A stretch of 64,000 bases of DNA from an uncultured Cytophagales bacterium. Lineage in GTDB: Bacteria; Bacteroidota; Bacteroidia; Cytophagales; Cyclobacteriaceae. The position numbers and the translations under genes were made by a program. Of this stretch, positions 46,029-55,477 are shown in pieces. Under the pieces are notes generated by a model that was not told the DNA's origin, did no database searches, and saw only the letters and a program-made list of their open reading frames with translations. Every line of letters starts with the position of its first letter. The first letter of the stretch is position 1. The stretch lies in contig CALMKZ010000002.1 in assembly GCA_937869105.1 (NCBI GenBank), forward strand, positions 4,499 through 68,498. Reading direction: 5' to 3'.

Positions 46029-46886
46029 TCAATGGCCCCTGAATTCAAAATAACTTCTTAGCACTTCATCGGGTCGCTCCCATTGCGGATAGTGACCGCA
46101 ATCGGGTATCTCAACAACATCAGGATTTGGAATCAGTTCGTTGTAGCGGTCCACCATATGCTGACCTGATACCGGGTCGTTGACTCCATCGATCAGGCGC
46201 AACGGACACCTGGCCTGCTGAATAGCGGTAAGCCAGCGCTCCCGATGCTGACGACGCTCAATGATGTAATTGATCAGTTTATGGGTTATCCGTGATCCGT
46301 TGTTGAACCGGATTAAACTGTACAAGTCTTCCAGTTCCGAAGGTCGCGGCCTTGTACTTGGTGGGAACAGGATGGTAAATGATTCACTGAATCTTCGAAG
46401 GTTCATCAGGCGAGACACCATAAACCCAAATGGTCCCAGGAGCAACTGCTGGGTGCGCGTGGGGCGATGGGTCTCCGGGAACAACCCGCCGTTGAGCAGA
46501 CAACAAGAAACGATACGATGCTGATTTCTTTCCAGGTCGCGTGCCAGCAACTCCTGTGCTACGCTATCACCTATGTCGTGCGCCAGGATATGGTATTGTT
46601 CCACCCCGCGGTCCTTTAGTAACGCCTCCACCATATCCGCTTGCGACTTCAGGGAATAATCAAACCTGGTAGGTTTGGCACTGTGCCCAAAGCCGATAAA
46701 GTCAGCTGCAATTACCTTGTAATGCCGGGTAAGGTTGTCCCACACCCGATGCCAGTCCCACGATGCCGTAGGGAATCCATGGAGCAGCACGAGCGTATCG
46801 CCCACGCCTTCCTGTCGGTAAAACACATCATGGCCCTGGTATTTAAACCTGGCTCCCTGTGCATACCATTGGTTGACGCTCCACAT
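46029..46886 (-). CDS. Alpha/beta hydrolase (epoxide hydrolase/haloalkane dehalogenase-like)
   Basis: Motifs seen: LLHGFPTASWDWHRVW, FGHS, the AHDIGD nucleophile elbow, and a C-terminal CGHYPQWE. Confidence 0.75.
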   Translation of the reverse strand: MWSVNQWYAQGARFKYQGHDVFYRQEGVGDTLVLLHGFPTASWDWHRVWDNLTRHYKVIAADFIGFGHSAKPTRFDYSLKSQADMVEALLKDRGVEQYHILAHDIGDSVAQELLARDLERNQHRIVSCCLLNGGLFPETHRPTRTQQLLLGPFGFMVSRLMNLRRFSESFTILFPPSTRPRPSELEDLYSLIRFNNGSRITHKLINYIIERRQHRERWLTAIQQARCPLRLIDGVNDPVSGQHMVDRYNELIPNPDVVEIPDCGHYPQWERPDEVLRSYFEFRGH

Positions 46887-46940
46887 GAGTTTAGAATTGG
46901 AATTATCCAGCGGGAATTACTAAGGTTTAAAGGATTGTTA

Positions 46941-47231
46941 TCACTCGTAACTTTTTTTGTCCCAAATGATTTGTATTGTTAAAAGTGCCGTCGCAAGTCC
47001 GGTCCCAATATGAGGAAGAAATGTCGGCCATGCATCAAGGAAAAATATTTGAATCAATCCCCATTGTGAGAACGCGAGGATTAGCACTATCGCACTCGAA
47101 AAGAAAATACTTCTGACATTCCTACTTCTTAGAATCAGTCGCGTAGTAAATATCAGAAGAATCAGTCCAATTAGCGTTGGGAGGAGATACCAACACAAAA
47201 ATTCCACTTTCATTATGCCCTTAATTGTCAT
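46941..47231 (-). CDS. Small membrane protein (about 3 TM)
   Basis: A 96-aa hydrophobic ORF in a locally AT-rich patch. Confidence 0.45.
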   Translation of the reverse strand: MTIKGIMKVEFLCWYLLPTLIGLILLIFTTRLILRSRNVRSIFFSSAIVLILAFSQWGLIQIFFLDAWPTFLPHIGTGLATALLTIQIIWDKKSYE

Positions 47232-47409
47232 GTGTCCTTGTCACAGCCAAATTGCTGCCAACCAGTACGCTTATAGCACCATTGCATAAACACAAGTATT
47301 ATCTTTGTTAATTTACTACAAATCTCAACATCAAAGTAAACAGTACTAAGCTTTGTTGCTTATCTCATCCTTAAGATGTAGGGAAGGAGTCAGTTCAGCA
47401 ACTACCGGT

Positions 47410-48085
47410 AGCACATTGATCTGCGCATTTTCCTGCACTTCAATCCCCGAAAATATGCGGGAGACTAATCTATTTCCAAAGGAACCTTCTCAAGCGGAGC
47501 ACAACTTGTAATTGAGCATAATACCTGTTCAAGCTAAGGATCAGTTTCCCGCTGATGGACGCAGATCAATTTCATGATCATCGCTGATCAGGCTCAATAG
47601 CTTCATCTTGCCGCGCATTGATCTGCGCCTTTTCCAGCATTTCAATCCCCGACAATCTGCGGGAGACTAATTCTATGCCAAAGGAACATCGTCAAAAAGG
47701 AACACCGCTTGTAATTGAGTGTAGAACCTGTTCAAGCTAAGGATCAGTTTCCCGCTGATGGACGCAGATCAATTTCATGATCATCGCTGATCAGGCTCAA
47801 TAGCTTCATCTTGCCGCGCATTGATCTGCGCCTTTTCCTGCATTTAATCCCCGAAAATCTGCGGGAGACTAATCCTATGCCAAAGGAACATCTTCAAAAA
47901 GGAACAATACTTGAGTTTGGGTTACGAATCTGTTAAAGTTAAGGATCAGCTTCCCGCTGATGGTCGCAGATCAATTTCATGATCATCGCTAATCAGGCTC
48001 AATAGCTTCATCTTGCCGCGCATTGATCTGCGCCTTTTCCTGCATTTCAATCCCCGAATATCTGCGGGAAGCTAATCTGTGCCAC
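47410..48085. repeat. Tandem array 2, ~202-bp period, about 3.3 units, same family as array 1
   Basis: atctgcgggagacta-type cores lie at 47453, 47655, 47857 and 48060. cagtttcccgctgat-type cores lie at 47542, 47745 and 47947. Core spacing alternates about 89-90 and 112-113 nt. cattgatctgcgc recurs at 47414, 47615, 47819 and 48021. Confidence 0.9.
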
Positions 48086-48110
48086 AAGACGCATCTCCAA
48101 AAGGAACCCA

Positions 48111-49802
48111 CTACGCTTCCCACACCCACTTACCACCAGTCATCGTTCTCTCTATCGGAATCGTAACCAACGTCGATGGATCTTCCTTAAATGGATCCCT
48201 GCCAAGAACAACCAGGTCAGCATGCTTGCCAAGGTCAATTGAACCCTTGGTGTTTTCCTCGTAGGAAGCATATGCTCCGTGAATTGTTCCGATACGGATT
48301 GCCTCTTCCACAGTCACTTTCTGATTGGCACCCCAAACGGTCCCTTTAATGTCGGTTCGTGTAACACTGCTCTGCAACGCCATCATCGGTTCAAAAGGTC
48401 CGGGTGGATAATCACTGGCTTGCGTGGCACGGATACCGGCGTCAAGGAACGAACGAAGGGCAAACATATTCTTCAAACGCTCCGGTCCGTATTCCTTCAT
48501 TTTTTCGCCGTGGTAGTACACATAAGTAGAGAAAGGAGTTGGAATAACGCCCAGATTTTTCATGCGTCGGATCAGGTCATCATTGATCACGGTACAATGT
48601 TCAATGCGAAAACGCGGATCCTTGCGCGGATAATCCTTCTGCAACTGCTCATATAGTCGCATCGTGGTATCAATCCCAACATCACCATTGGCATGAATTC
48701 CAATTTGCCAATCGGCCTCATGGGCTTTCTTCGCAATGGGATAAAGCTTGTCAAAGTCCATCACCATGATACCATAGTCATTGGGCCTGCCGAGGTAAGG
48801 CTGCGACAACCGGGCTGTGCGTTCAGAGATGGAGCCGTCACACGTCATCTTCATGGCACCGACACGCACCCACTCATTGCCCATGCCGGTCCGAATACCC
48901 GCATCGATCATCTTGCTGATATGGGTGAACCCAATGAGGCAGTATACCCGAAGGCCCAGGTCTCCGTTTTCATGTGCATCCTGATAGGCCCGAAGGTATT
49001 CGGGTGAACCGTAGGCATCATGCACGGAAGTGACACCCGTCTTTGTCATCATCTTTGAAATCAACTTCACTCCTTCGCGCAGGTCATTGCGGGTGTAGGC
49101 ATAAGGGATCACTTTCTCAAATGCATCACAGGCACTTTCCTTCACGCGCCCCGTCATCTTCTTCGACGCGGGGTCGCGATCGAACATGCCGCCGGAAGGG
49201 TCCGGTGTTTCATGGGTAACGCCCGCGAGCTTCATCGCCAGCGTATTGACATACATGGTGTGCCCGCCGCGGTGCGAAATGCGTACCGGGTGCTCTGGCG
49301 CACAGGCGTCCAGGTCGGCGATGGTAAGAAAGCGACCCTCCGCAGTTTTGGTATCATCGTATTTGAAGCCCAGCACCCAACTTCCCTTTGGGGTATTCGC
49401 GGCACGATCGCGGATTGCATCCTGAATGGCCTTGATGGAACGCAGGTCACAGTCTACTTCACGTAAATGATTCAATCCGGAACTGCCTGGATGTGAATGG
49501 GCATCGATAAATCCGGGCAATACGGTCTTGCCGCCCAAATCGATTTTCCGGGTCCGGCCAGTAACAAGATTTTTTATTTCATCATTGGTACCTACCGCTA
49601 TGAATTTCCCATCCGCAATGGCAACCGCCTGGGCACTGGGTGTATTGCCCATGGTGACAATGTTCCCGTTCAGCAGAACCAGGTCGGCTTCGCGTGTCGC
49701 GAATGCGGGTGCTACCGAAAGAGTGGCCAGGGTTCCGAGGAACTGCCGGCGCGATTGGGGGATGGCGTGGTCAAACATTTTGGTGGGGTTGAAAGGCTGC
49801 AC
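48111..49802 (-). CDS. Amidohydrolase (amidohydrolase_3/YtcJ-like) with Tat-type signal
   Basis: Motifs seen: SRRQFLGTLATLSVAPAFA and PGFIDAHSHP. 563 aa. Confidence 0.75.
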   Translation of the reverse strand: MQPFNPTKMFDHAIPQSRRQFLGTLATLSVAPAFATREADLVLLNGNIVTMGNTPSAQAVAIADGKFIAVGTNDEIKNLVTGRTRKIDLGGKTVLPGFIDAHSHPGSSGLNHLREVDCDLRSIKAIQDAIRDRAANTPKGSWVLGFKYDDTKTAEGRFLTIADLDACAPEHPVRISHRGGHTMYVNTLAMKLAGVTHETPDPSGGMFDRDPASKKMTGRVKESACDAFEKVIPYAYTRNDLREGVKLISKMMTKTGVTSVHDAYGSPEYLRAYQDAHENGDLGLRVYCLIGFTHISKMIDAGIRTGMGNEWVRVGAMKMTCDGSISERTARLSQPYLGRPNDYGIMVMDFDKLYPIAKKAHEADWQIGIHANGDVGIDTTMRLYEQLQKDYPRKDPRFRIEHCTVINDDLIRRMKNLGVIPTPFSTYVYYHGEKMKEYGPERLKNMFALRSFLDAGIRATQASDYPPGPFEPMMALQSSVTRTDIKGTVWGANQKVTVEEAIRIGTIHGAYASYEENTKGSIDLGKHADLVVLGRDPFKEDPSTLVTIPIERTMTGGKWVWEA

Positions 49803-49900
49803 CCTGTTACAATCCGATGCATACCTAATTCCAATATAAGGTTTACACCGGGCACCACCAAGGGCTTCCCCACCCTCGGAAATAGTATTATCTTACTTTC

Positions 49901-51160
49901 ATGAAACGCAGAAAATTTCTGGCTACGGCCACGGCCGCTGTAGGGCTTCCTTTGCTAACCACCAACCAATCCAACGCTCAACTAGAATCTCTTTCGCCTA
50001 TGTCTCCTGCCAATTCTCATTTTGACGCCATCGTGCTTGGTGTCGGTTCTATGGGTTCTGCCACCGTATGGCAACTGGCCCAGCGCGGACACCGCGTACT
50101 CGGCATCGAACAATTTGATATTTCCCATGACCAGGGTTCGCATGCCGGTCAAAGCCGCATCATCCGCCAATCCTACTTTGAGCATCCGGATTATGTGCCA
50201 CTGCTGCAACGTTCTTACAGCAACCTCGCCGCGTTTGAAAAAGAAACAGGCGCAAAGATTTTTCATAAAGCTGGCGTGCTCTACTTCGGTAAGCGAGGCA
50301 ACGAACTGACCGCTGGTGTGGAGAAGTCGGCAAACATCTACAAACTTCCCATCCAAAAACCCGGACATCAGGAGGCGGCAAGGCAATTTCCATCCTTCGC
50401 TATCCCCGCTGATTTCGATATCATCTTTGAACCAGATGCGGGATTCATGACACCAGAGCGCACCATACTTACCTACACCGAAGAGGCCATCCGCCTGGGC
50501 GCTACCATTCAAACCAAAGAATCGGTACAGTCGTGGAAACAGGAAGGCAACCTGATAAGGGTCATTACTGACAAGGGTGAGTACACAGCAGACAAACTCA
50601 TCATAACTGCCGGAGGCTGGGCGCCGCACCTGATACCCCAACTGAAACAGGAGTTGACGGTGACCAAGCAAATGATCATGTGGGTGAATCCCAAATCCTG
50701 GAAGCCTTTTGCCTATGGCAACTTCCCGTGCTGGATCATGGAAGATCCGGAACGCGGGTCATACTATGGATTTCCGATTGTGCCCACGAAAGAATTTGGC
50801 GGTCCGCTCGGATTGAAACTCGCCCACCATCAGCATGGTGAGGTGACAGATGCCAGGAATGTGAACCGGGCCGTAACCCCCGGAACCGAAGAAGACCTGA
50901 TGTCTATTCTTAGAAAGTATATCCCGGAAGCGGTGGGCTCCATCCTCAGCCTCAAGAGCTGTCTCTACACCAATAGCAAGGACCAAAACTTTATTATCGA
51001 TTACCTCCCCGGCTCGGATAAACGAGTGACCATCGCCACCGGCTTCAGCGGACATGGTTTTAAGTTTGTTCCCGTGGTCGGTGAGATTCTTGCAGATCTT
51101 GCGATGAAGGGGAAGACGGAGTTGCCGATCGGGTTTCTTGGAATTAACAGAATTAAGTAA
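49901..51160 (+). CDS. FAD-dependent N-methyl amino acid (sarcosine / N-methyltryptophan) oxidase-like protein with Tat-type signal
   Basis: Motifs seen: MKRRKFLATATAAVGLPL, the dinucleotide fold VLGVGSMGSATVWQLAQRGHRVLGIE, and GFSGHGFKF near the C-terminus. Confidence 0.7.
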   Translation: MKRRKFLATATAAVGLPLLTTNQSNAQLESLSPMSPANSHFDAIVLGVGSMGSATVWQLAQRGHRVLGIEQFDISHDQGSHAGQSRIIRQSYFEHPDYVPLLQRSYSNLAAFEKETGAKIFHKAGVLYFGKRGNELTAGVEKSANIYKLPIQKPGHQEAARQFPSFAIPADFDIIFEPDAGFMTPERTILTYTEEAIRLGATIQTKESVQSWKQEGNLIRVITDKGEYTADKLIITAGGWAPHLIPQLKQELTVTKQMIMWVNPKSWKPFAYGNFPCWIMEDPERGSYYGFPIVPTKEFGGPLGLKLAHHQHGEVTDARNVNRAVTPGTEEDLMSILRKYIPEAVGSILSLKSCLYTNSKDQNFIIDYLPGSDKRVTIATGFSGHGFKFVPVVGEILADLAMKGKTELPIGFLGINRIK

Positions 51161-51292
51161 GTGGTAAGTGGTAAGTGGTAAGTAGAAGTTGGAAGTTGGA
51201 AGTTGAGTGAAATGAAAGAGTATACCTAAAAATCTAAGATCTAAGTTTTAAGCCCTAAGATCTAAGTTCTAAGCCCTAAGTTCTAAGTCCCA
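51155..51292. repeat. Compound microsatellite block
   Basis: (gtggtaa)x3, (ggaagtt)x3, then about 9 ctaag-based units (ctaagatctaagtt / ctaagccctaag). Confidence 0.85.
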
Positions 51293-51307
51293 AACCCATT
51301 TCAAACC

Positions 51308-52873
51308 ATGAGAAATCTCCTCCCCCTCCTTCTCCTTGTTGTCCTTTCCTGCTCCTCCCCTTCATATGACATCATCATCAAAGGAGGAAAGGTATTGGAT
51401 GGAACCGGTGCAACAGCCATCAAAGCAGATGTCGCCATTCAAAATGGAATGATTGTTAAGATCGGTGACCTGGGTGCTGCGAAGGCAACCAAAACAATTG
51501 ACGCCACAGGCCTGATCGTTTCGCCGGGGTTCATTGACTTGCACGCACACATCGAGCCCATCATGTCTTTGCCCGATGCCGAAAGCAATGTGAGGCAAGG
51601 CGTAACCACAGCCGTGGGCGGCCCGGATGGTGGAGGCCCTATGCCCTTCAAACCTTACCTCGATTCGCTCGATAAGTTCAGGCTGGGAATCAATGTAGCT
51701 TACCTTACCGGGCACAATGTTATTCGGTATGCGGTAATGAAAAACGACAACCGCAAGCCGACGCCGGAAGAACTGGAGAAAATGAAAGCGCTGGTGAAAG
51801 ATGCCATGGATGCCGGCGCTTTTGGTATCTCTACCGGACTCAAGTACATGCCTGGAACCTTCTCCGAGACATCCGAGGTCATCGAACTTTCCAAAGTGGC
51901 CGCTGCGCAGGGTGGTTTCTACACCTCCCATTTGCGCGAAGAAGGGCTTGGTCTGATTGCCGGTGTAAAAGAGGCGATCGTGATTGGCAAAGAAGCGAGT
52001 ATTCCCATCGTACTCACGCACCACAAAGCCATTGGCAAACCCATGTGGGGCAAAAGCGTGGTAACCCTGGGACTGGTTGATTCCGCACGGGCTGCAGGTA
52101 TCGACGTGATGATGGATCAGTATCCTTACACAGCCAGCAGCACCGGTTTGTCAGTGCTCATTCCCACCTCAGCGATGGCCGGGTCATCAGCCGATTTCAA
52201 AAAACGCATCGAACGCAAGTCCTTCAAGGACAGTGTACTGGCCGGCATCCGTTTTAATTTACTCAATGACCGCGGCAGCGGAGATCTAAGATTGATTCAG
52301 TTTTCAACCGTGGATTGGGATCCATCCCTGAATGGCAAAACTCTTTATGACTATGCCGCGCTTAAGGGTGTAAAACCCGATGTGGAGAATGGCGCGAAGC
52401 TGGTACTTGAAATGGAATTGAAAGGAAGTGCCAGTTGCATTTTTCACGCCATCAATGAAGACGACGTTCAACGCATCATGAAACATCCCTTTGCGATGCA
52501 TGCTTCGGATGGTGAAACGGTGAAGTTTGGTGTCGCCCATCCCCACCCCCGGGCATATGGCACATTCCCCCGCGTGCTCGGTCATTACGTTCGCGAATTG
52601 AAAGTCATACCCCTTGAAGAGGCTATCCGCAAAATGACTGGTTTGCCAGCCCAACGGCTGGGGCTCACAGACAGAGGGTTGATCAGGGAAGGATATGTCG
52701 CTGACATTACTTTGTTCAACCCCGAAACCGTGATCGACAAAGCGACCTTTGAACAACCCCATCAGTATCCGGAAGGAATTCCCTATGTTATTGTCAATGG
52801 TGTGATCACGGTTTCCGACGGCCAGATGACTAATGAGCGCGGCGGAAAGGTGTTGCGAAAAAAGAGGCAATGA
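51308..52873 (+). CDS. N-acyl-D-amino-acid deacylase (D-aminoacylase) family amidohydrolase
   Basis: Motifs seen: DIIIKGGKVLDGTG...VSPGFIDLHAH. 521 aa with a signal/lipobox (LLLVVLSC). Confidence 0.8.
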   Translation: MRNLLPLLLLVVLSCSSPSYDIIIKGGKVLDGTGATAIKADVAIQNGMIVKIGDLGAAKATKTIDATGLIVSPGFIDLHAHIEPIMSLPDAESNVRQGVTTAVGGPDGGGPMPFKPYLDSLDKFRLGINVAYLTGHNVIRYAVMKNDNRKPTPEELEKMKALVKDAMDAGAFGISTGLKYMPGTFSETSEVIELSKVAAAQGGFYTSHLREEGLGLIAGVKEAIVIGKEASIPIVLTHHKAIGKPMWGKSVVTLGLVDSARAAGIDVMMDQYPYTASSTGLSVLIPTSAMAGSSADFKKRIERKSFKDSVLAGIRFNLLNDRGSGDLRLIQFSTVDWDPSLNGKTLYDYAALKGVKPDVENGAKLVLEMELKGSASCIFHAINEDDVQRIMKHPFAMHASDGETVKFGVAHPHPRAYGTFPRVLGHYVRELKVIPLEEAIRKMTGLPAQRLGLTDRGLIREGYVADITLFNPETVIDKATFEQPHQYPEGIPYVIVNGVITVSDGQMTNERGGKVLRKKRQ

Positions 52874-52947
52874 TATTTGTGATAACCACGGTGGCTGGAC
52901 CGGATTTGCAATCCGGTCCTTACGAGTTTAAGATCTAATAAGGAACC

Positions 52948-53352
52948 ATGCCTAAATCATCAGATACACAACAGGTGACCGACCACATTGCACAGCTTGA
53001 TCCCCACCTTAGCAAGGTTATCACGTATTTGCGCAAGGTGATCCTGAGCACGGACAAGATCATTGGCGAGCGCATCAAGTGGAATAACCCCAGTTTCTAT
53101 TATACCGGAGAAATGAAAGTCTTTGATCCGAAGGAATACAAGCGCGAACTCATCGTAATGAACCTTCACAAGGGACGCATTATGCTCGTATTTCCATCAG
53201 GTGCTAAGGTGAAGGACACATCCGGCTTACTGACCGGCGACTACAAGGATGGAAGGAGGCTCGTGGTGTTTGCTGACCTGGATGATGTGAAGTCGAAGGA
53301 AAAGCAATTGAAGAAAGTGATCAAGGACTGGATCAGCCTGATCGATGAATAA
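52948..53352 (+). CDS. DUF1801-like small protein
   Basis: 134 aa with an IKWNNPSFYYTGE pattern. Confidence 0.45.
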   Translation: MPKSSDTQQVTDHIAQLDPHLSKVITYLRKVILSTDKIIGERIKWNNPSFYYTGEMKVFDPKEYKRELIVMNLHKGRIMLVFPSGAKVKDTSGLLTGDYKDGRRLVVFADLDDVKSKEKQLKKVIKDWISLIDE

Positions 53353-53469
53353 TCCAGCTGTGAGCTAATTAATCGGCCGTTTGATCGGATTTCCCATCTG
53401 GCCATTAATCACTCGATAGTCACGTAACAATTCCGCCAACTTATCCGTCTATGGCGTAAACCCCATTCC

Positions 53470-54126
53470 ATGCTTTCCACTTCCACTATTCGAATTGTTG
53501 CCGTGATGCTGCTGGTCACCGAGGTACTCGGCGCGCTGTTCAATCAATACTTTGTCGGGCCGGTGATCTTTGCAAAAGACTTCCTGACCAGTGCTGCCTC
53601 CAACGATTCCAGAATCATCACCGGAGTTTTGTTGTCCGTAGTGGACGGAATAACAGGCCTGTCCATCGCTATTCTCCTCTGGCCTTTGTTCAAAACAACC
53701 AACCGGTTCGTGGCTGCGCTCTACATTGGCCTCTCCTTAATCGGTTTTGTGACCGTCCTGATCGATGATGTTGCCGTACTGACGATCCTTGGACTCAGTC
53801 GCGAATATGTGAAGACATCCGATTCAGCCTTGCAATCGCTAAGTGTTGTGTTTTTTCAAACAAGGTGGTGGACGCATTACATTACTCTGCTGATGGCAGG
53901 CCCGTCGTTCACGGCGCTTAATGTACTCCTGTTTCAATCACGACTGGTGCCGCGATTCATTTCCGTTTGGGGTATTATCGGCGCCGGATTGCTGATGATA
54001 GAAATCGTATTATCGATGTATGGCAAACCCACCAACATGTTGATGCTAATGCCGTTTGGATTGCAGCAATTGGTATTGATCGTTTGGTTGCTGATCCGAC
54101 CCGCAAGCAATTCGGCAGTTAGATAA
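53470..54126 (+). CDS. Integral membrane protein (DUF4386-like)
   Basis: 218 aa with about 6 hydrophobic segments. Confidence 0.4.
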   Translation: MLSTSTIRIVAVMLLVTEVLGALFNQYFVGPVIFAKDFLTSAASNDSRIITGVLLSVVDGITGLSIAILLWPLFKTTNRFVAALYIGLSLIGFVTVLIDDVAVLTILGLSREYVKTSDSALQSLSVVFFQTRWWTHYITLLMAGPSFTALNVLLFQSRLVPRFISVWGIIGAGLLMIEIVLSMYGKPTNMLMLMPFGLQQLVLIVWLLIRPASNSAVR

Positions 54127-54180
54127 GCGAGGGTCAATTTGGTTTAGTTCTACCGGATTTAAACCACCAAACTCACGCCA

Positions 54181-54275
54181 CTTCAAATTTTCAAATCTTC
54201 CAATTTTAAATTACAGGCTTTAGTTCTCGCCATCTTCAAATCATTCAAATTTTCAAATCTTCAAATCTTCAAATT
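54181..54275. repeat. tcaaat-based microsatellite, two ~48-bp direct copies
   Basis: cttcaaattttcaaatcttc...ggctttagttctc is followed by attcaaattttcaaatcttcaaatcttcaaatt...ggtcttagttcac. Confidence 0.8.
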
Positions 54276-54282
54276 CCCGGTC

Positions 54283-55440
54283 TTAGTTCACCTCCAACTC
54301 ATCTTTCGCCGGCAATTTCGGAAACGGAGCATGCGGCTCGGTCTGATACCAATATACCACGCTTGCAATATCTGATTGTTGCGGAAGGTATCTTCCATCA
54401 TAACGCCACCCCAGATCCTGAATGGTCACTTTGAGGTCCGAATCAAACCGGATCGGGTCCGTGATATGCCAGCGATACATCCCAAAGCGCTGCATCACCT
54501 GATAATGTCCATCACCGCGGATTACCTGATGAAGGCCGGCATACGGCGTACAGAATTCGGTGTAGTGTGATTCCTCCACCCCGGCACTATTCTTTTTGTT
54601 TGTGTCAAAATCATAACTGCCGCAGAAGTAATCTTCTGTGCCCGTGCCATTGATGGTGGGATATTCTTTATCACCATCCATGAAGAACTTAATCTCCCCT
54701 TCACCCCACCAGCCATTATTGTGCACACCCCAGGCCATGTAAGTACCCACATATTGCCCTTTGCCTTTGATGTTATCGACCAGGGTATACACATCCTTGT
54801 ACTTCACCGGATTGGTACGGCGGAACTGTGCATGGAAATAGGCCGCATCATCAGGAACCTTGGTCAGCGTGTAATCCACCTGATAGAACATCCGCACCTT
54901 TTCGTGATCGAGGTTTTCGAGGGTGATCCTGCATTTCTTCCGGAACGGCATTACCCAATAACTATTAAATGCGCTACCCGGATTCACACATATGGCCAGT
55001 GAATTGAGATGGGCATATTGCTCCCATCCCATGCCAAAGAAGTCCCCCAGCGGGGCCTCCACTGACGGTGTCGGTTCATCATCCCAATAAATCCGCAAAA
55101 TGGAAAACCGCCAATGCCCTGTTGGTGTAAGCCAGATGTGTTGCACAGCGCCAGGTCCGGTAATGTCTGCAAGCACGGCCGTCTTGCCCGGCTCAATCCA
55201 TATGTAGGGGCTCACCTTCCAGCCCTGACCTAGGTCCTTCGCATTGCGGGACGCCACTCCTTCCTTATCCATTCCTCCTTTGCCCTTTTCACCCGTCGGG
55301 TTCTCGGCACTGATGGATCTGGATTTTGCATCCGATAACCGGAAGAGATTGCCCATGTTGGTACTCAATCCATTGAATCCGCCATCCTGGGCGCACAACC
55401 TGACGCTGATGAGCATTGCAGCAATAAATAGTGTTTTCAT
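54283..55440 (-). CDS. DUF2961 (GH172-type) protein, secreted
   Basis: 385 aa with a signal peptide. Motifs seen: GTGTEDYF, and the WYQ..P pattern near the C-terminus. Confidence 0.75.
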   Translation of the reverse strand: MKTLFIAAMLISVRLCAQDGGFNGLSTNMGNLFRLSDAKSRSISAENPTGEKGKGGMDKEGVASRNAKDLGQGWKVSPYIWIEPGKTAVLADITGPGAVQHIWLTPTGHWRFSILRIYWDDEPTPSVEAPLGDFFGMGWEQYAHLNSLAICVNPGSAFNSYWVMPFRKKCRITLENLDHEKVRMFYQVDYTLTKVPDDAAYFHAQFRRTNPVKYKDVYTLVDNIKGKGQYVGTYMAWGVHNNGWWGEGEIKFFMDGDKEYPTINGTGTEDYFCGSYDFDTNKKNSAGVEESHYTEFCTPYAGLHQVIRGDGHYQVMQRFGMYRWHITDPIRFDSDLKVTIQDLGWRYDGRYLPQQSDIASVVYWYQTEPHAPFPKLPAKDELEVN

Positions 55441-55477
55441 ACAAGGAGGTTAACAGTAAGAAAGTTATGGATTATAT

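Noticed and set aside
43176-48085. Initial reading that the two tandem arrays are inverted relative to each other, implying an invertible segment
   Set aside because: The cores are mutual reverse complements and the 89/113-nt spacing is symmetric, so the cores alone cannot give orientation. The cgcattgatcWgcg box upstream of the forward core and the gat(t)caat box after the reverse core favour direct orientation. I have left this open pending a proper alignment.
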